Positions 11,101-26,100 are shown, counted from the first letter of the stretch. The stretch is 35,936 nucleotides of DNA from Hyphochytrium catenoides (GCA_900088475.1 FLMG01003200.1:1-35936); one strand, 5' to 3'. Numbers and translations are program-made. Notes: generated by a model not told the origin, from the sequence alone.

Positions 11101-14100
11101 AATTCACAGAGACATGGAAGTAGAAGTAGAGTGCAACGTGATAAAAATACTCAGGTGAGAGAAGAGAGAGCAGAGAGATAGCATCAGGCTGCAAAGTGTC
11201 AGGCATAATAGCTTCAGCAGGTTAGTCAAGGATCGCTGCTGGCAGCAACACTAGAGTGACCTTTGACTTCCGCACGTATGGATAGAGAGGGTGATAGTCT
11301 TACCTAGCGTGGGCTGAAGCTCGGTTAGTTCCTGCTGTAGGCTAGCCACGACTGCTTCTGTTTCGGCTAACTTCTGAAGTCCCACGCGGTACCTAGGAAT
11401 TTGGACACAGTCACACCAAGGTATGAGGAGAGTTGACGACGAATTAAAAATAGAGTGGAAACACATTGATCCTAGAAGTTAGCTCTCTTGGGTCTATCTC
11501 CGTCCCTTTAAGGTGACCGCTCCACTCTCTATGGTCTGTCTCGACCACTCTCTTGGTCCTGTTCTTCCCTCCTCGCTCACCTCTTTTCCTTCTCCATGAC
11601 AATGGTTCTTTGTGTCCTGAGCATCTCTACGTAGAGTCTGATGAGCTCAAGATAAGAGGTCGGAGTAGTATAGGAGTGCCTCTTCAGTTCCCTCTGGTAC
11701 TGTTGAGTTGAGACCTCAACGCTACGATGGATGGTGACAGCCATCCTGATGATGAGTAGCGGTCGGGACGGAGAAGAACGTAAGGAGGGAGAATGACGCA
11801 AGGAGAGCGTGCAGACCCACGTCAGTCATCTCCGTTACCACAGCTCCAACCTAGCTCTTTCTCTCTTCTGCCCAACGAACGCTGATCAGTCCTTCCAGCC
11901 GGTACTGATCCTTAGGGACGGACTATGTGTTCCATTTTCTCCTCATCCTCCTTCATTGCTACTCTTCCCATACAGCAAGCGTGTGGCTCCAATTCTATAT
12001 TCAACAGCTGACTCTCAGGCCGGAACTCCTGAAATTCCTCCCCCTCATCTTCTCACCTGCAGAGCGGTTCCACATGCTCTTCGATGCCCAGATCTGTCTT
12101 ACTCTCGTCAAGAAATCGATGCGCCACGCTATACAAAGCGTCTTCTGGCCAGGCGCTAAACCAGTCTATCGTACAGCAGTTCACAAGAGACGGAAACATG
12201 CGACAGCGATTGCGGAATGCCGCCCCTATGTAAAGGGAAAATAGGAGGAGACATTTGAGATCATAGAAAGCGTCAGCGAAGAGATTCTAGACAAGTAGCC
12301 ACAAGCAAAGGCCGAGCAGGGACAGGGAAAGGGTTCGGAAGAACTGGAGGTAGGGAAAGCAGCAGGCTATACCAATCGGAGAGAAGGCAAGAACAACGTG
12401 AAGGTTCTCCCTGACAAGTTGTACGTAATGAGACATAATAGCATCTCGGGTCTCTAGCTTGCCAGCCTAACGGAAATCACAGCGTCAAAGGGTCAGAACA
12501 TCTTCATGAAAGACCTACACTACCCTGTGACATCGACTGAACAGGTTTCTCAGTGTACTTTCTCTTTTCTCCCTCTCCGCACATATTTTCTCCCTTGATT
12601 TCCATGCAGTTTTTTGTCTATTGCTTGTTTAGCGTTCTTCGCCCCCTCAATGACTCTTTCGCACCTGTTTAGCTATCGGTCTGACTTCGTTGATAATTTT
12701 CTCTATCTCATCCGCTTCGTAGATGTTAGGGACATCCCCTGTGTTAAGAATGTTGTTGATGTCCTCTAAGAAGGATTCCTGCACTATCTGGCTGTCAGAG
12801 AACAGGAACGTCACTCCTTTATTCTCCGCGCCTATGTGAGAGCATCGGAAGGAAGACAAGGGAGATGGTGGCCAATGTCAGCATAAAGCAGGAACTCTGG
12901 GGGTTCCCCATATGCTGCCTGGGCATGGCAGCCTTACAGTCACCCTCCTTGGCCAGGACTTCAGTTCCCGTGTCAGCTCAGTGGACATCACTTCGAATGT
13001 ATGATCTTACTTATGGCTGCAGCCTCTTTCCTCCCTTCCTTCCCCTCCTCTCCCCCCTTCCTCATCTTCTTGCGCCCTACCTGCCGCAAATAGAACTTTT
13101 TTAAGGTCCTCATGGAACTCTGCGCTGCCGTATCCTCTCGTGATCTCAATGGAGAAGCAGCGGTAATCCAAAATGAAAGAAGCCAGGCGCGTCAGACTCT
13201 GTCTACCACTTCCTCCCACTCCCACCAGCAATGCATTTCCTCTGGGCTGGCGTAGGATGCGGCAAATCCTGGGAGAGAAGAGGACAACGATGAGAACCTC
13301 AGTATAGTGACATGGGGGAAAGTCACCTTCTCTCAAGGTAGTAGAGAAAAGAGAGCCAGGGACCATGAAGAGGACGAAAAACTTTGAACCTCAAAGCGGT
13401 AGAGGTATGGCGCTGGAGATAAACAATGGGGAAGATAGACGATCAACGGTGGAGACTGCCATATGAGTACAGAACGATTGCAAGGAAGAGCTATCAGCCG
13501 CATGAAAAAGAAATTGATGCCGCCCTACCTTGACAGATGGTAGATCGCGTCACTGAAGAACACGAGGTGCATTTGAGAAGGAAAGGTCATGTTGAACTCT
13601 TCAAGGTATTCTGACAACACATCCTGCAGGCGAGACATGTCCGTCACGCGCTGATAGGAGCGGTTTGTCTTGGTCATATAATCACCATAGAGAAGGTCCT
13701 TGAACACCTCTAATAAAGACAAGATGTGAGTTCAAGTTGCGGTGAATGGAGGAAACGTCTTAGAAGCCATAACGATAGAGGTACTTAGGTCTTCGCTCAG
13801 GGGTGGGAGAGGGTGCTCAGAAAGATAGCGAGGAGTAGGAGGAGGCTTCTGAAGGTACGCATCGGTGGAGGGAGGTGCAGGGCCACAGGGAAGGAGTCGA
13901 GGAAAAGTGGTTCTCACCAGGCTTCCAGTCATAACCTAGATGCTTTTTAAGGATGTCGGAGGTGATCAGATTGAATTTCTGTCTGTCTTCCTCATCAACC
14001 AAACGATCACGGAAGACTCGAGCTTCCTCGTGAAGCCAGAGCTGGACCAGATCCTAGGAGCAACAGAGCGGTGATAGTAGAGAGGAGACCAAGAGGCCAA

Positions 14101-17100
14101 ACAAAAGTTGATCAGCTAATGGATCCAAGATATTAAGCCTGGGATAGCGTCGGTGAACGGTACCCAAGCCTGCACGGAGCAAGTATAGACAATGACAATA
14201 ACGAGACAGGCTTCCCTTTCGGTGGCACATACCTCTGTGCTCTCTATCTTGTTCTTGTTAACCATTAGAACACCTTGAAAGACCTTAGAGAGGTCTCTCA
14301 GGTTGAAGGTGTAATGCGACTTCGAAGGAGTTGGAAGCATCTCTTCCTCGACTCTCTGATAGATCTCCACCGAGGCCGAGACGAGAGGGGAAGCTGCAGC
14401 GTTGCAATGAGGAAGAGAAAGAGACAGAAATCCCGAAAGGATGGATCGGAAGATCTGAGAATACACAGCAGAGAGGAAGAGGAGAAAGAAGAAACCGTCA
14501 AGGTAAGATAGACGGTGTTGAAAGGGCAACAAAAGCAAGTGACAACGATGAGAGAGAGACATTAGTGCGCTGTCCGCGGTAAACCAAATCGAATACCGGC
14601 ACTATCTCCCACTAGTACTTGGGCTTCTTCACTTAGTCTCTACTTAAACCTGACCCGGACCGGGCCTCGGTTGCCTCTTGTTTTCCCTCTTACCACCGGG
14701 TTCTTTCACTGTTGTCGTCGTCCCGCATCCGCACTGACTGAAGTCTTTCTAGCACATAGGTCGCTACGCCATTTCTCTCTCTCTCTTGATAGATTTCCTT
14801 ACCTGCTGCATGGACGGTCCTTGCAAGTTTGGTATCCAGATCATGTTGAAATGACGAAGAAGACGAGGGGTCACCTCATTCCTTCCTCCTCCAGGCGGGG
14901 CACACGCAGCAACAAAGAGTACATCTTTGACGTTTTTGAAAAAAAGCTTTCCCGTGTCGTAGAAGCCTCCCTGGTCGATCACTTGCCTTAGCAGCTCATT
15001 AGGAGGCTGGGCTCCGTACTGCTCTAGCATAGGCATGTTAAGGTCATCGATGAACATCAGCATCCTTTTGCCAGAGGGTGGACCGAGAAGAGTCTTTCTC
15101 TTCTTCTCTAGCTTGGTCTCAAACACATCCTTGAGGTTCTGGGGCCGTGTTTGCGCGCTGTACGTCATTGCATAGCAGACCCACTCCGGAGTTTCTGAGA
15201 GATTTTCCATGAATCTTTGGATGATGACAGATTTTCCAACTCCTGTCTCACCCATAAACAGGACTCGATTGTTATGGGAGACAAGAGAATGCAAGAGTGA
15301 GCGAAACCGCGTGGTGTCTGCCGTAGGGACGAGAATATTAAAGTAGGGCTGCTTGGGATCGTAGACGAACGTCTCCAACATTGCAGTCCATGGTTTCCAT
15401 GTGCCAGAGGCGCGATCGACCGTGTAATTGTATACATTTTCGATGGGAGAAGTACGGCGTAAGATGTCCACGAAAGTTTTGATGCAGAAGTCATTGAACT
15501 TCTCCCTTGAAGCATCGTCAATGTTCGCCCCGATGGACCAAACAAAAGAGAAGAGGAAGTACATGTCGACCAGCAGTGGAAGTAGAGACCCAGAAGGAGG
15601 TGGTGTGGAGGCAGAAGAGGAAGATGAGGCACCGGAGGTGGAAGGTGAGTTCGGTCTAAGATGCTTGTCGTCCTCTCCGCCTCTCTCCCTTATCTCCGAA
15701 TAGCATGAGGTAAGAAGATTGAGCAAGCTCTGAGTAAGGTTTGCGTCATTTGAAGGGATTCTTTCCCTGCAGTGCTGCCGTATAAACGCGATGCCCAGCG
15801 GAAGATATTCCTTGATAAGCTCGAGTATATGAAGGGAAAAGGAAGGGAGAAGCTTCGCCATAGTTGTTCTCTCCCAGCTTTCTGCGAGAGACAGCTTTCC
15901 GACATGGACCTGCTCCATGTAAACCATACCGCATCGGCTCACGGTGGCTGGAGAGGCAACCTTGAGGTCCTGTACCTCGAACATCATGTGCAAAGAGGCT
16001 AACAGAGAGAGAATGGGAGAAGAGGGAACAGAAGCCCAGGTGCAGACGCGAGAGAGAGACATGGTCGACGTTTAGAGACCGTTCGAGGCCATCAAACAGT
16101 CATTGATGGTCATCTACCCTTACTACAACCATGCTCTACGCATCGCCCTTAGCAGACCCTGCCTCAGCTGTTCCTCAGTGTCTTCTATGGACCGACATAT
16201 GCCCCATGATCCCTTCCTAATCTCCTCCAACAGCTATTGATTGGTCATTCCTCACTCTAACTCCCTTGGATATGCAAGCTAGCCATCAACCTCTTCAGTC
16301 CCCTTGCTTAGGTACCTGGTAGTTTAATACGTTCACTGTTGGCTAGACAGAGAGTCTTGTTGTCGTCCAGCACGGTATTCATGTTCTCAATCCATACAGC
16401 GTCAACAGGTCCGTCAAAGATAACCCAGTGGCGCATGTTCCCTTCCTAGAGGTTAGGAGGAGGATCAATTAGCATTTAAGCCGTGCCATGTAACAGTGGC
16501 GTAGTAGATTGGCGATGTGAGGAGGTAGAAATTCAAGGGACGATGGCAACGAGGACCGCGTTAATTGGCAGAAGGGACCAGTCAGAAGTCGAATGGAAGA
16601 AAGGCACAATTTAGCTCTTGGCCTTACTTGTGCTTCTTGAACGCATTGTCGGACTAACTTTGGCACGAGACCATCCGTCCACTCGTTGGTTAGTAGGTTG
16701 AACTCTCCGTAGAGCTGGCCCGCAGTGATTGACTTGGGGTTAAGAGTCAAACGTTGAACAATCTGAAGAGGAGGTACGTTGTCAGAAAGGAGTAATGGCA
16801 TTCGGGTGAGAGACTGTGAAGCAATACGCTCCATGGCCCAGTCTCAGCATGGCATCCACAGACCAGATAAACGAGCGAGCAAGGGCATTCCCGAGGAGCT
16901 TTCTCTTGAATGCTCATGGTCATCGCGGGCTTCCTCCACTTCTCTTCTGATTCTCACTCACTGTCGTTAGCATTATCTACTACGAAACGGTCTCCTTTCT
17001 CTTTCAGTGTTTTTTACCTTGTAGAAGCCGTCCCGGTCCTTGACTCCATCATTATACAGCTGGCCAAGAGCTCGGGCTAGAATATTCACATTCGTCGTCT

Positions 17101-20100
17101 TTCCACTAGCAGTTTCCCCCACAAGCATCAGCCCATGGCGGACCAGTTGCGTCTCGTGGACCTGGATCATCTGATGGCCAGAGCAATAAGAGACAACGAG
17201 AGAGAGAGGAATAGTAAGATGATTGACCCTATAACTCTCACTTGGAGCCGCAACATAGTTGCGTACTACATAGGAAGCAGATCAAGACAAGTAGACAAGC
17301 GTCGCCAACCTTGGTGACAAAGGACGGCGTCTTCTGTAGGTTGGCCTCCTCCAGCTGTTTCTCTATGGCTTGCTGCAGCAGCCCGTAATCGACGAACGGC
17401 ACGTCAACTCCAGGAAAGAGGTCCGAGATAATGCCCTTAAAGAGTGGTAGATCCTGCATAAGGAACTTGGGGACGTTGCTATCCCGCATGGCACGGATGA
17501 GCAGTAAGTCCTCGTGCGTCTCTGGCTCTTTTCTTTTGAGTTGACCGGCGGCAACGAGAACTGACTTGACTGCTCTCATGCCAAAGTCATAGTGGTCTTG
17601 CTTGGAGAGCTGTTCGGAGGAGAGCGAGTAGAGCTGCGCCATCTTGTTCGAAAGAGGAAGAGCGTTGGCAAAACTGTGAAAGAGAGAAGAAAGCATATGT
17701 AAGCCAACTAGGTTGAGGTGAAAGAAGGAGGTGACCGGGGTAGTATGCCCTGACAAGAGAGTGAGACGCTAAGGAGATCTGGCTCGGAAAAGAAGTATCA
17801 CAAGATGATCTTCGAAGAAGAGCAGGTAAGACTTCAAGGTTATTGCCGTTAGGACTATTTAATGTGACGCCAGGGCTAGAGCGGGATGGAAGCTAAGAGC
17901 ACGGAAGCTAAGAGCAATATGGCAAGAGAGAGAGAACCGGAGAAACGTATGCCTTACCCTTCTGAAAAAAGTACTATCTCGGCAATGAGCCTGTAGTCCG
18001 GAACCATCATAGCCACAGGTCTAAACAGGGCCTTCAGATTGTCAGGCAGCTCTGTGCGACCCGCGTACCCAGGATTCATTGTGATGAAGACACCGAAGTT
18101 CTGGTTCAAAGGAATGACCGTGCCCTCGAACTCAAAGTCTGGCATCAAGATAGAGGGCGTCAGGGACAGAGACGAACGCTAGAGAAGAGACACACTGCAT
18201 AGCAAGTAACACTCCGCCATTTAGTGTAAAGAAAAGTGCTACGGAGAGGTACAACGGGAACAATAGAGTCCAGGAAGGTAGACAGAGAGGATGGGGAAAC
18301 GAGGAACAAAGAGACTGAGGGGTAAGAAGTTCCTGAATACCCTCCACGATTTAGCCTTGCTTGCTAGATCCGGTTGAATGGAGAATAGACTTGGTAGACG
18401 TCAGAGATGAGAGAAAGGAAGCGAAGACCAAAGAGTAGCCAAGTTTGATGGTGCTTCTAAGGGACTAACCTGCGGCGTCTCTCAATATAGCCTGTTGGAT
18501 ACAAAGAATTTGCTGGGCGATGACTGAGAGGACTTCAATGTCAATTCCTGAAGGTAACCATTGGATGTGAGAGGGGCGTCTCCGACCAGAAGAGACTAGA
18601 TACTAGAACAGAACCAGTGTCCCAGGGCAACATTCAAAGATAGTCTGATATGGCAGGGGAGAGCCGAGCAGTGAATAGGCAAGCTGGCCACGGCTGGCTA
18701 GGACGGATATAAATGCACAAGGAGGAGAAGATAAACGCACGGTTAAACTCATCGAAGCACGCCCAGGCCCCAGCCTGAGCCAGCCCTGAGAAGAACCGTC
18801 CCATGATCTTATAATCCAGGCCATCAGAACAGTTGAAGACCACGCACTGCCGAGCTAAAGCCTTAGCCAAGTCCTAAAGTGCCCAGTCAAGAAAGAGAAG
18901 ATTCGATCAGGACAGAAGTAAAAGAAGCGTTGAAATAGTGTAAGGAATGACCTTACTACCAAAGATCGCCGCTCAGGCGAGGGATGGAGTCCTTTGACCC
19001 ATCGCTCTCCTCAGCGCAGCATCGCTCTCCTCGTCGCAGACCTATTAGCCGGTCTCTCTCTCTCTCACTCTCTGACTCTCTCTCTCTCGTCTCTCTCCGT
19101 TTTTCTCTCTTTCCTCTTCTCTCTCTCTCTCTCTCTCTCTCTGCGTCGTCTCTACTAGCACTCCCCACCTTGGTCGTCTCGGTCTTTCCTGTTCCTGCGG
19201 GACCGGCAGGTGCACCCCCCAGCTTGAGATGCAGAGCACCGGTGAGGGTCATATAGCAAATGTCGGTTAGGGGTGTGATGACCAGGCGAGGACAATTTCC
19301 TAGGTACTCGAAGCCATAGACAGAGCGCGTGTTCGTTTGCCGGACCGTACACTTGTTCTCTGCACATCAAATTGGGAAACATTTGTGAGAGAGAGAGAGA
19401 GAATAATAGTGTCCAGGAAGCGGAGAGAGACCCTAAAGCTGGAAGGGAGGTGGTGGAAAAGCGTTCTTTAGTCTCATGGTATGATGGGCTTGAGACGACT
19501 GATCAGGCGAGCTTCGTAAGCTCAACCACGAAGCGTAAGATAGGCCCGCTGATGGCAGCTTAAGAGTCACTCTTCGAGTGTAGTCCAGCGGCAAGTAGAC
19601 AGGGTAAGGAAGACTGATGAAAAGAGAAAGCAACAGCGGCCTAAGGAGAACCGGCTTCCTTACCTTCTACCTCCCAGTAATATCTCAGCTGTGCGGTCCA
19701 TTCAAAGTCCGTGATGCTACTAACTTTTTTGCTAACTAGTGTCCGAACAACATCCCGGGCGTGTACATCTATTGTAAGGAGAGCGCCCAGAAGGTTCCGC
19801 TGCTGCTTGTCTAGATCATTCCGTACCTTTGAAAGAAGGTGGTGAATGCATTTAAGTCCAGGCAGTCCAACAAGAGAGCAGCATAAGGTTCAAGGCGTAG
19901 AATCAGTATGTTTGCCTACCAGCGTCACCATGGCTTCAATCTGCTTCAGCGAGTACGATAGGAACTCTTCTACAGCCTTAGGGCTTGCCCCGCTTTGTAC
20001 TTGGGACAGAGCTTGAGAGCAGTTGAAGGTCCAAAGAATTTGATCCACTAGGATCACTACCTGCGCTGGGTAGGAGAAGAGCCAGGCGCTGCACGGCAAG

Positions 20101-20155
20101 GCAAACAAACCGCGAGTTGCGAGAGAAGTTAATCGAAGGTGAAGCCATCGGTGTA

Positions 20156-20190
<35 letters not shown>

Positions 20191-23100
20191 TGTGTAGAGA
20201 AAGAGAATGGTGTAGAGAAAGAGAATGGAGAAAGAAATAGGAACGTCAGAAGAAGACGGAGAAAAGGGTATTGCAGACAAGGACGTTCACCACGTAACAG
20301 TAAAGGAATGTCTCTAAACATGGGCAGTGTGCTCTTGTCTTCTCTCTCCTGTCTCCATCAATGTCTCTCCTAATCTTTGGCTTACTTTCTTGTGATAGCC
20401 TCGAGATAAGGCGGGTAGTTCTTCCAAGCGTGAAACGCCGCCGCGTGCAGCGTCTCTCTCATAGCTCTCTCCACCCCTAGAAGCCAGGACTCAACTGGAC
20501 CTTCCGCTTTTCTTTCGTGGTCGCCCTTGAAGGCGACGCGCTCTCCCTCTGCACTCTTCATCGCCACTATCTCGTTCTCAGGAGTGAACTCCAAGCTTTT
20601 CATGGCATCGAAACACTTGGGAGAGAAATCACATTCAGAGAAAAGAAAGGTGCGAAGGTGGTTCGTTAAGAAGGAGCAAACCCCATTCTCTATAGTCTCA
20701 GTTCCCTTCTCTCTCTGTTGTCTACCCCTCTATCTTGCCTTTGCTCTGATGCTTATGCCTCACTGACCTTCACAAGATGGGGCTGCACAGCTTGAGGATC
20801 CCTTGTCTGGGAGAGGATCTCAAGGAGTTCATCGTTGGATAGGAAGTAGAATCGAGGAAAGGCCATCCTCTTTGTCTCCAAGTAGTCCTCTAGACTCTGC
20901 TGGATCTCTTCAAGAAACTTGAGGAAGTGAAGAAAGGCGATTATTGTTAGATAGATGAGTCGACAAGGATGGAGAGGGGCAGACAACGAGGAAAGAGAGA
21001 TAAGACTTGACGATAACAAACGAAAGATATTGGCTTTCTTCCCTCTTCTCTCTCCTTGTCGCTTTCGTTTCCTGACCAGTCCATATTCCTCTGAAACACT
21101 CCTCTCTGTATCGTTTTGTCTTGTCCTCACCTTGTTGCTCTGCTGGAAGGACTGAAGTAGCTCAGCTCCATTATCTATCGAAGCGATACACAGCGGGTTC
21201 TTGGCAGTATTCTTCATGATCTGCCGCCAGCTTTTGTCTACCAGCTGGAACTTTTGGGACTCGACTGGCAGCTGCTTTTGGATGTCCTGAGAGGATGTGG
21301 TTAGCCACCTTCTGATTACTTTTGGGAGTACCAGATGAAAGAAAGATGTGAGCCTGACCTCAGCGGAGAAGATAGTCTCCAGGTACATCCAGTTCCTCTG
21401 ACATGTGGTCCATTCGTCCAACGTTTCGGAGAGTAGCGAGAGTTTCTTCTCCCACACTTCCACTTCCTGTCTAACGCCAGCAATAAAGCGAGAGCCAATC
21501 ATTGTCTGGAGAGTGACCTGATTGTCCTCCAGAAGCGTTGTCACCTGCAGACACAAGCTAAAGTCAGATTATTTTGACAAAGAGAATAAACAGAGACGGC
21601 GACGCAGTAGAGTGATAAGCCAGGCCAAAAGACGCGAGGCTGGGGGAACCGGCCAGGTTCTAGCTAGAAAGACAGCAGACAGACCAGCAGGGACCACAGA
21701 CAGCGACTCTAAAAACAATATGAGNNNNNNNNNNNNNNNNNNNNNNNNNNNNNNNNNNNNNNNNNNNNNNNNNNNNNNNNNNNNGAAGAGGTCCTTCTGG
21801 TCCCTGTGATTTAAACAGGTAAATTGCATTTTCTGCCAGCCAGAGCGTATCTTCTCAAGAGAACTTTCTAGCTGGGACTCCCCGCTTGCACTGCCAGAAA
21901 TCTCGGAGACCTAGAGGGAAGAGTCAGAAAGGGTTAGTTGGTAGCATGATAGAGGAGAGACCCAGAATCCCAAAGAACGAGAGAGGTGGAATTCATTGGC
22001 AAGAGAGGTAGGATCCATTGGCACCAAGAAACGAGAGCAATCTATATAGGGTACTGTCGGGAAAAGAAGGTAATGATAGAATATGACCAAGCGGATAGTT
22101 GAGTCCGTACTTAGGAAGAAAATAGCGGATGCGAGAGACAGAAGAAAGGGGAAAGAGAGAAAAACTCTCTTAGAGTTACACTCCGAGAACGACGAGGACC
22201 GAAAGAGCGTGCTATAATCTAGGCCTACCAGGTCTGCCTTGCTAAGGACGTCACATTCAAACAGGAACTCCAGCGTGAAAGGCTTGCTGAAGTCGTACTG
22301 TTGTCCTAGCGAGTCAAAGAGCTTCTGCCAGTGCCGCTGCTTCATAGCGGGATTCCCTAACTCCATGATCACTGGAAGCTTTTGCTTGAATTCCTCCGTC
22401 TTCTCCTTAAGAACCTTAGTTACAACTAAACCAAGCTTCTTTTCGGCAGAGAAGGCCTCTTTGAAAAACTGACTGACCTATGGAGAGCGAGAGGGGACGA
22501 GGAAGGATTGGATAGCAAAGTTCATAAGCCAATAGGAAGGGAAAGGGCGTAGATCGAGGCGAGGACAATGTGGCGTGATGCGCGCAAGTGTTCATGAACC
22601 ATGGACTGAAGCAATTCGAGTATAGGTGCTAAGTATTGAGGAAATTGAAAGGCTGCAGACACACAGGGCGGCATACGGCCCGTGAAAGGAGCACAGAAAG
22701 AATGCCTAAGACCCAAAGGAAGACAGGTTGAAGTGAGGAAGAGCAGAGAAAACGAGAACGTTTGATGATAACGTACTTCCTTTGCGAGCTCCTCAACATT
22801 AAGCTTCAGGAAGTCCGCCGTGAGCCACTCCATGTTCTTCTCATTCCAATTGTTGACGTTGTTCCACAGGTTCTGGAGGTCCTGATACTGCTCCTGTGCT
22901 GCCGCCAAGTCATTGTAAACATTAGGCGTCAGTCCGAAGAGCGTTTGGTACTCCGAATACTGCTTCGATAACTTGAACGCCAGCTCTAGACGCTGGCGGA
23001 CACCGTCCATTTCTGCTAGAACCTCTACGAAGCGAGAAAGAGATGGTGTTGAAAGAGACAGACTTTAATTAGCTAGGGCCAAACAGTCCAGGAGCAGCGG

Positions 23101-26100
23101 GTGATGGGCTGGATAAGGCTGGGAAAGACTGGTCGCAAACCAAGGAAAGCAGAAATAGATGAGCTGGATAAGGCTAGGAAGGAAGACACCAGAGACAGTC
23201 TCTGAGTCGAGAAACAGATTGAAAGAAGAGGCGTGATGAAGGATCCGTCCCGTCGTTCGCCTTTGACTGACAAGTAGCCCTCATTCTATTGCTCCTCACC
23301 TCCTGGATCTTCCATCTGTAGAGGGTCTGTGAAGATTCCTCCCTTGAGCTGGTCGCTCACCTAAGTTCGTGAGAGCAATAAGAAGAGAGCAGTAGCAAGC
23401 CAAGGTCCTCACTCTTCTGTCCCTTTTGCCCTTACTCCCACGGTGTTCTCCCGTCATATCTTCCCATTTGTCACGTACCTGAAGCACTTGGTCGTTCAGC
23501 CTGGCAATGTTGGCGTCGAGCTGCTGAGTCATCTCGGGCAGCTTCCCACCAATGAAAGTATTTGTCTCCTCTAGCTGCTGCTTGAAGGTTTCTTGGATGC
23601 TGCGAAGATCGTCCAGTTGGACCATCTCCTCGCTGCTCACTTTTACCCCATAAAGAGAGAGAAGACGGTACATGTCCTCTACAACTCCAGCTGTAAGGCA
23701 TTAGGAGCCAAAGATACATTTAGAAACTTGACAAGTTCAAGGATGGAGGCAAGATAGCAAAAGGACTATCGACCATGACGCTTAAAGTTAAGATGCACGG
23801 CGTTTGATAATAGGAAAGACAAAGACACCCACCCACAAGAGGAGCTAAGATTTAGTGACAAGATGGGACATCAATAACTCAGAGAACGTTATCTGTTTCT
23901 GGACCTACCGTCATGCTTGACAGCCCTTGCTTCTTCCCTTAGCTGTGAGACCTTTTCCACCAACGCTGAGTATTCCTTGAGATGTAGCGGTCGTTGCTGC
24001 ATGCTTTGAATTCTCTGTTTATATTGAAAGAGGATGTCCTGACACTTGAGCTTGGCGAGTTCACGGAGCAGGCCCTTGATGCACTCTAACTTTTGAGAAG
24101 TCATAGGCAGCAGCTGCTGCTTCAATTTACGACTCTCAACGTAGAGGACACCGATCGACTGAAGAGGTAGATGAAAAGTCAGAGGTAAGGTCATTCGGCA
24201 GGCATTGGGAAGAGACGTGAGCGGAGTAGCGAGAAATCTAAAGGGAAGAACAGTAAGACAGGAGAATAGGAAGGTTTCGCAAAGGGGCTTAAAGAAGAGC
24301 GAGAGAAGAAATGGCCTTGCGGCCGTAGAGGAGTAGACAATTCGTCAATTTTCAGTTGCAGCCAGAGCCCACCTGCCCCACTCTCATCTTCTCCAACTCC
24401 TTCTCCCACTGACTTATCAGCAGCAGGTCACCCTTCAATGATTGCACGGTGTGGCTTTGCGCTGAATAGCTCTCAGCCTGCCACGTCCTATCGTGGTCAA
24501 AGATGGGCCTAACTCCATCAAAGACCTTCACATACTCCGTAGCGTCTGCAAAGTCTTCAGACATCTTGGCAGAAATGCTCCTCGAGAGATCATTAAACTC
24601 CTCACTTGCTCTTACTGTCTCCCCAACTTGCGGGGCTGAAGATAGAGAGGAGGCGACAAGGGAAGAGAAAGGAGAGACGTAGAGGATTCTGCTGGTGGAG
24701 CTGACAGTACTAATCATTCCCTCCAAAATGGTCTTAATCATAGACTGGAAGGCATCATCGGGAGGAGAGAAATCCGTAGAGTTCGGCCCAAACTTATGTG
24801 CACGGATGTCAATAGAGAGAAGAAAGAAGTGGGTTAGAAGGAGGCAATGAATGGGTCGCAGACATGATTAAGCTACAAATGAAGAGTGAGAGAGAGTTCC
24901 AGAGCCTGGCAGGGTGTGATTGAGGAGGCAGAAGAGCGAGGAATCGACCGACGGAATGGAAGTATAAGGCACAGTCAGAAAAGCGGTTGGAGGGGTCACA
25001 GAGTGTTTTGGCATCCCAGAGAAGAGATGGATTGGAGCTTGCTTTTACCTGGACACTGGTCTCGAACAGTCCAATCTTTCGTGTGGGTTTGAGCAGCTCT
25101 TCTAAGAAGTCCCTAGTATTTCTTATGCAGAGCTGCACCAAGCTTTCAGTGGTGATATAGTCAGTCACGCGAATAAAATCTGCAAGGCGTGAGGCCTCTA
25201 GGGCGGCACGGCGGAGTAGGAGCTGGCGCTCGACCTAGATGGTGAGGGACACAGATTGGGAGAGCAGATGGTAGAGGCGGAATCCGCGTAAGGGACTTTG
25301 GCTTGTGACTCCCTCCTTCTCCTCTCTCACCTGCTCCTGCTTTTGTGCAACTATGGACTTCATTCCTTCATCACGAGGAGAGAGACGGGCTTCCATCATT
25401 GCCTGGAAAGCATCCGTGGACTTCGCTAGGGCTGCTACATCCTGACAGACCTACAAAAGACATATTTACGTGAGCGTGGGAAGCGAATGGCGATAGTGGT
25501 GGAGAGGAAGACTGTCTGGACTGTTGATTATGAGCTCAGATGACATATCAAGGGAAGAGCCACAACTAAGGTGAGATCTCTCAGAGTTAGAGACTTCCTT
25601 TACAGTCAGTGTGAGGCGCTAGCTTGTTACCTTGGTCGCGACACCTTGAATCTTTTCTAGCGATGCCTCAAAGTGCTTGGCTGCCTCCGTCTTGGCCGCG
25701 TTCTGCAGCTCGAGAAAAGAAGCACACTCGTACGTTTTCTGCGCCTTTAGGTCCATCAGCTGCACTACCTGGACCTCTTGCATAATCTTTTGCACTTCTA
25801 ACAATGGGGCACAGAAGCTGCAGCGGCAATAAAGAGAGAGGCAGAGATACTTGGTCAACAAGGAACATCAGACAAAGAAAGGCCAATTGCCTGATTTTCT
25901 CCCCTCCACCGGGGCGTGGAAGAGAGAGCACGTCGCGCCCAAGTCAGAATGATACGTGGACGAAGAAGGACGGAGATCGAAACATTCATGTGGCATTCGC
26001 GATGTACGAGGAGCAAGTATGTATGGGCCTGATGTACGGTATCGCGATAAGATTTTACCTTTCTCTTGCAAGGAACAGTCTCTCTTCGAGCTTCTTCCGC

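Noticed and set aside
21725-21783. Dynein pseudogenisation at the N-run
   Set aside because: Assembly gap; the missing few codons and donor fit within it.
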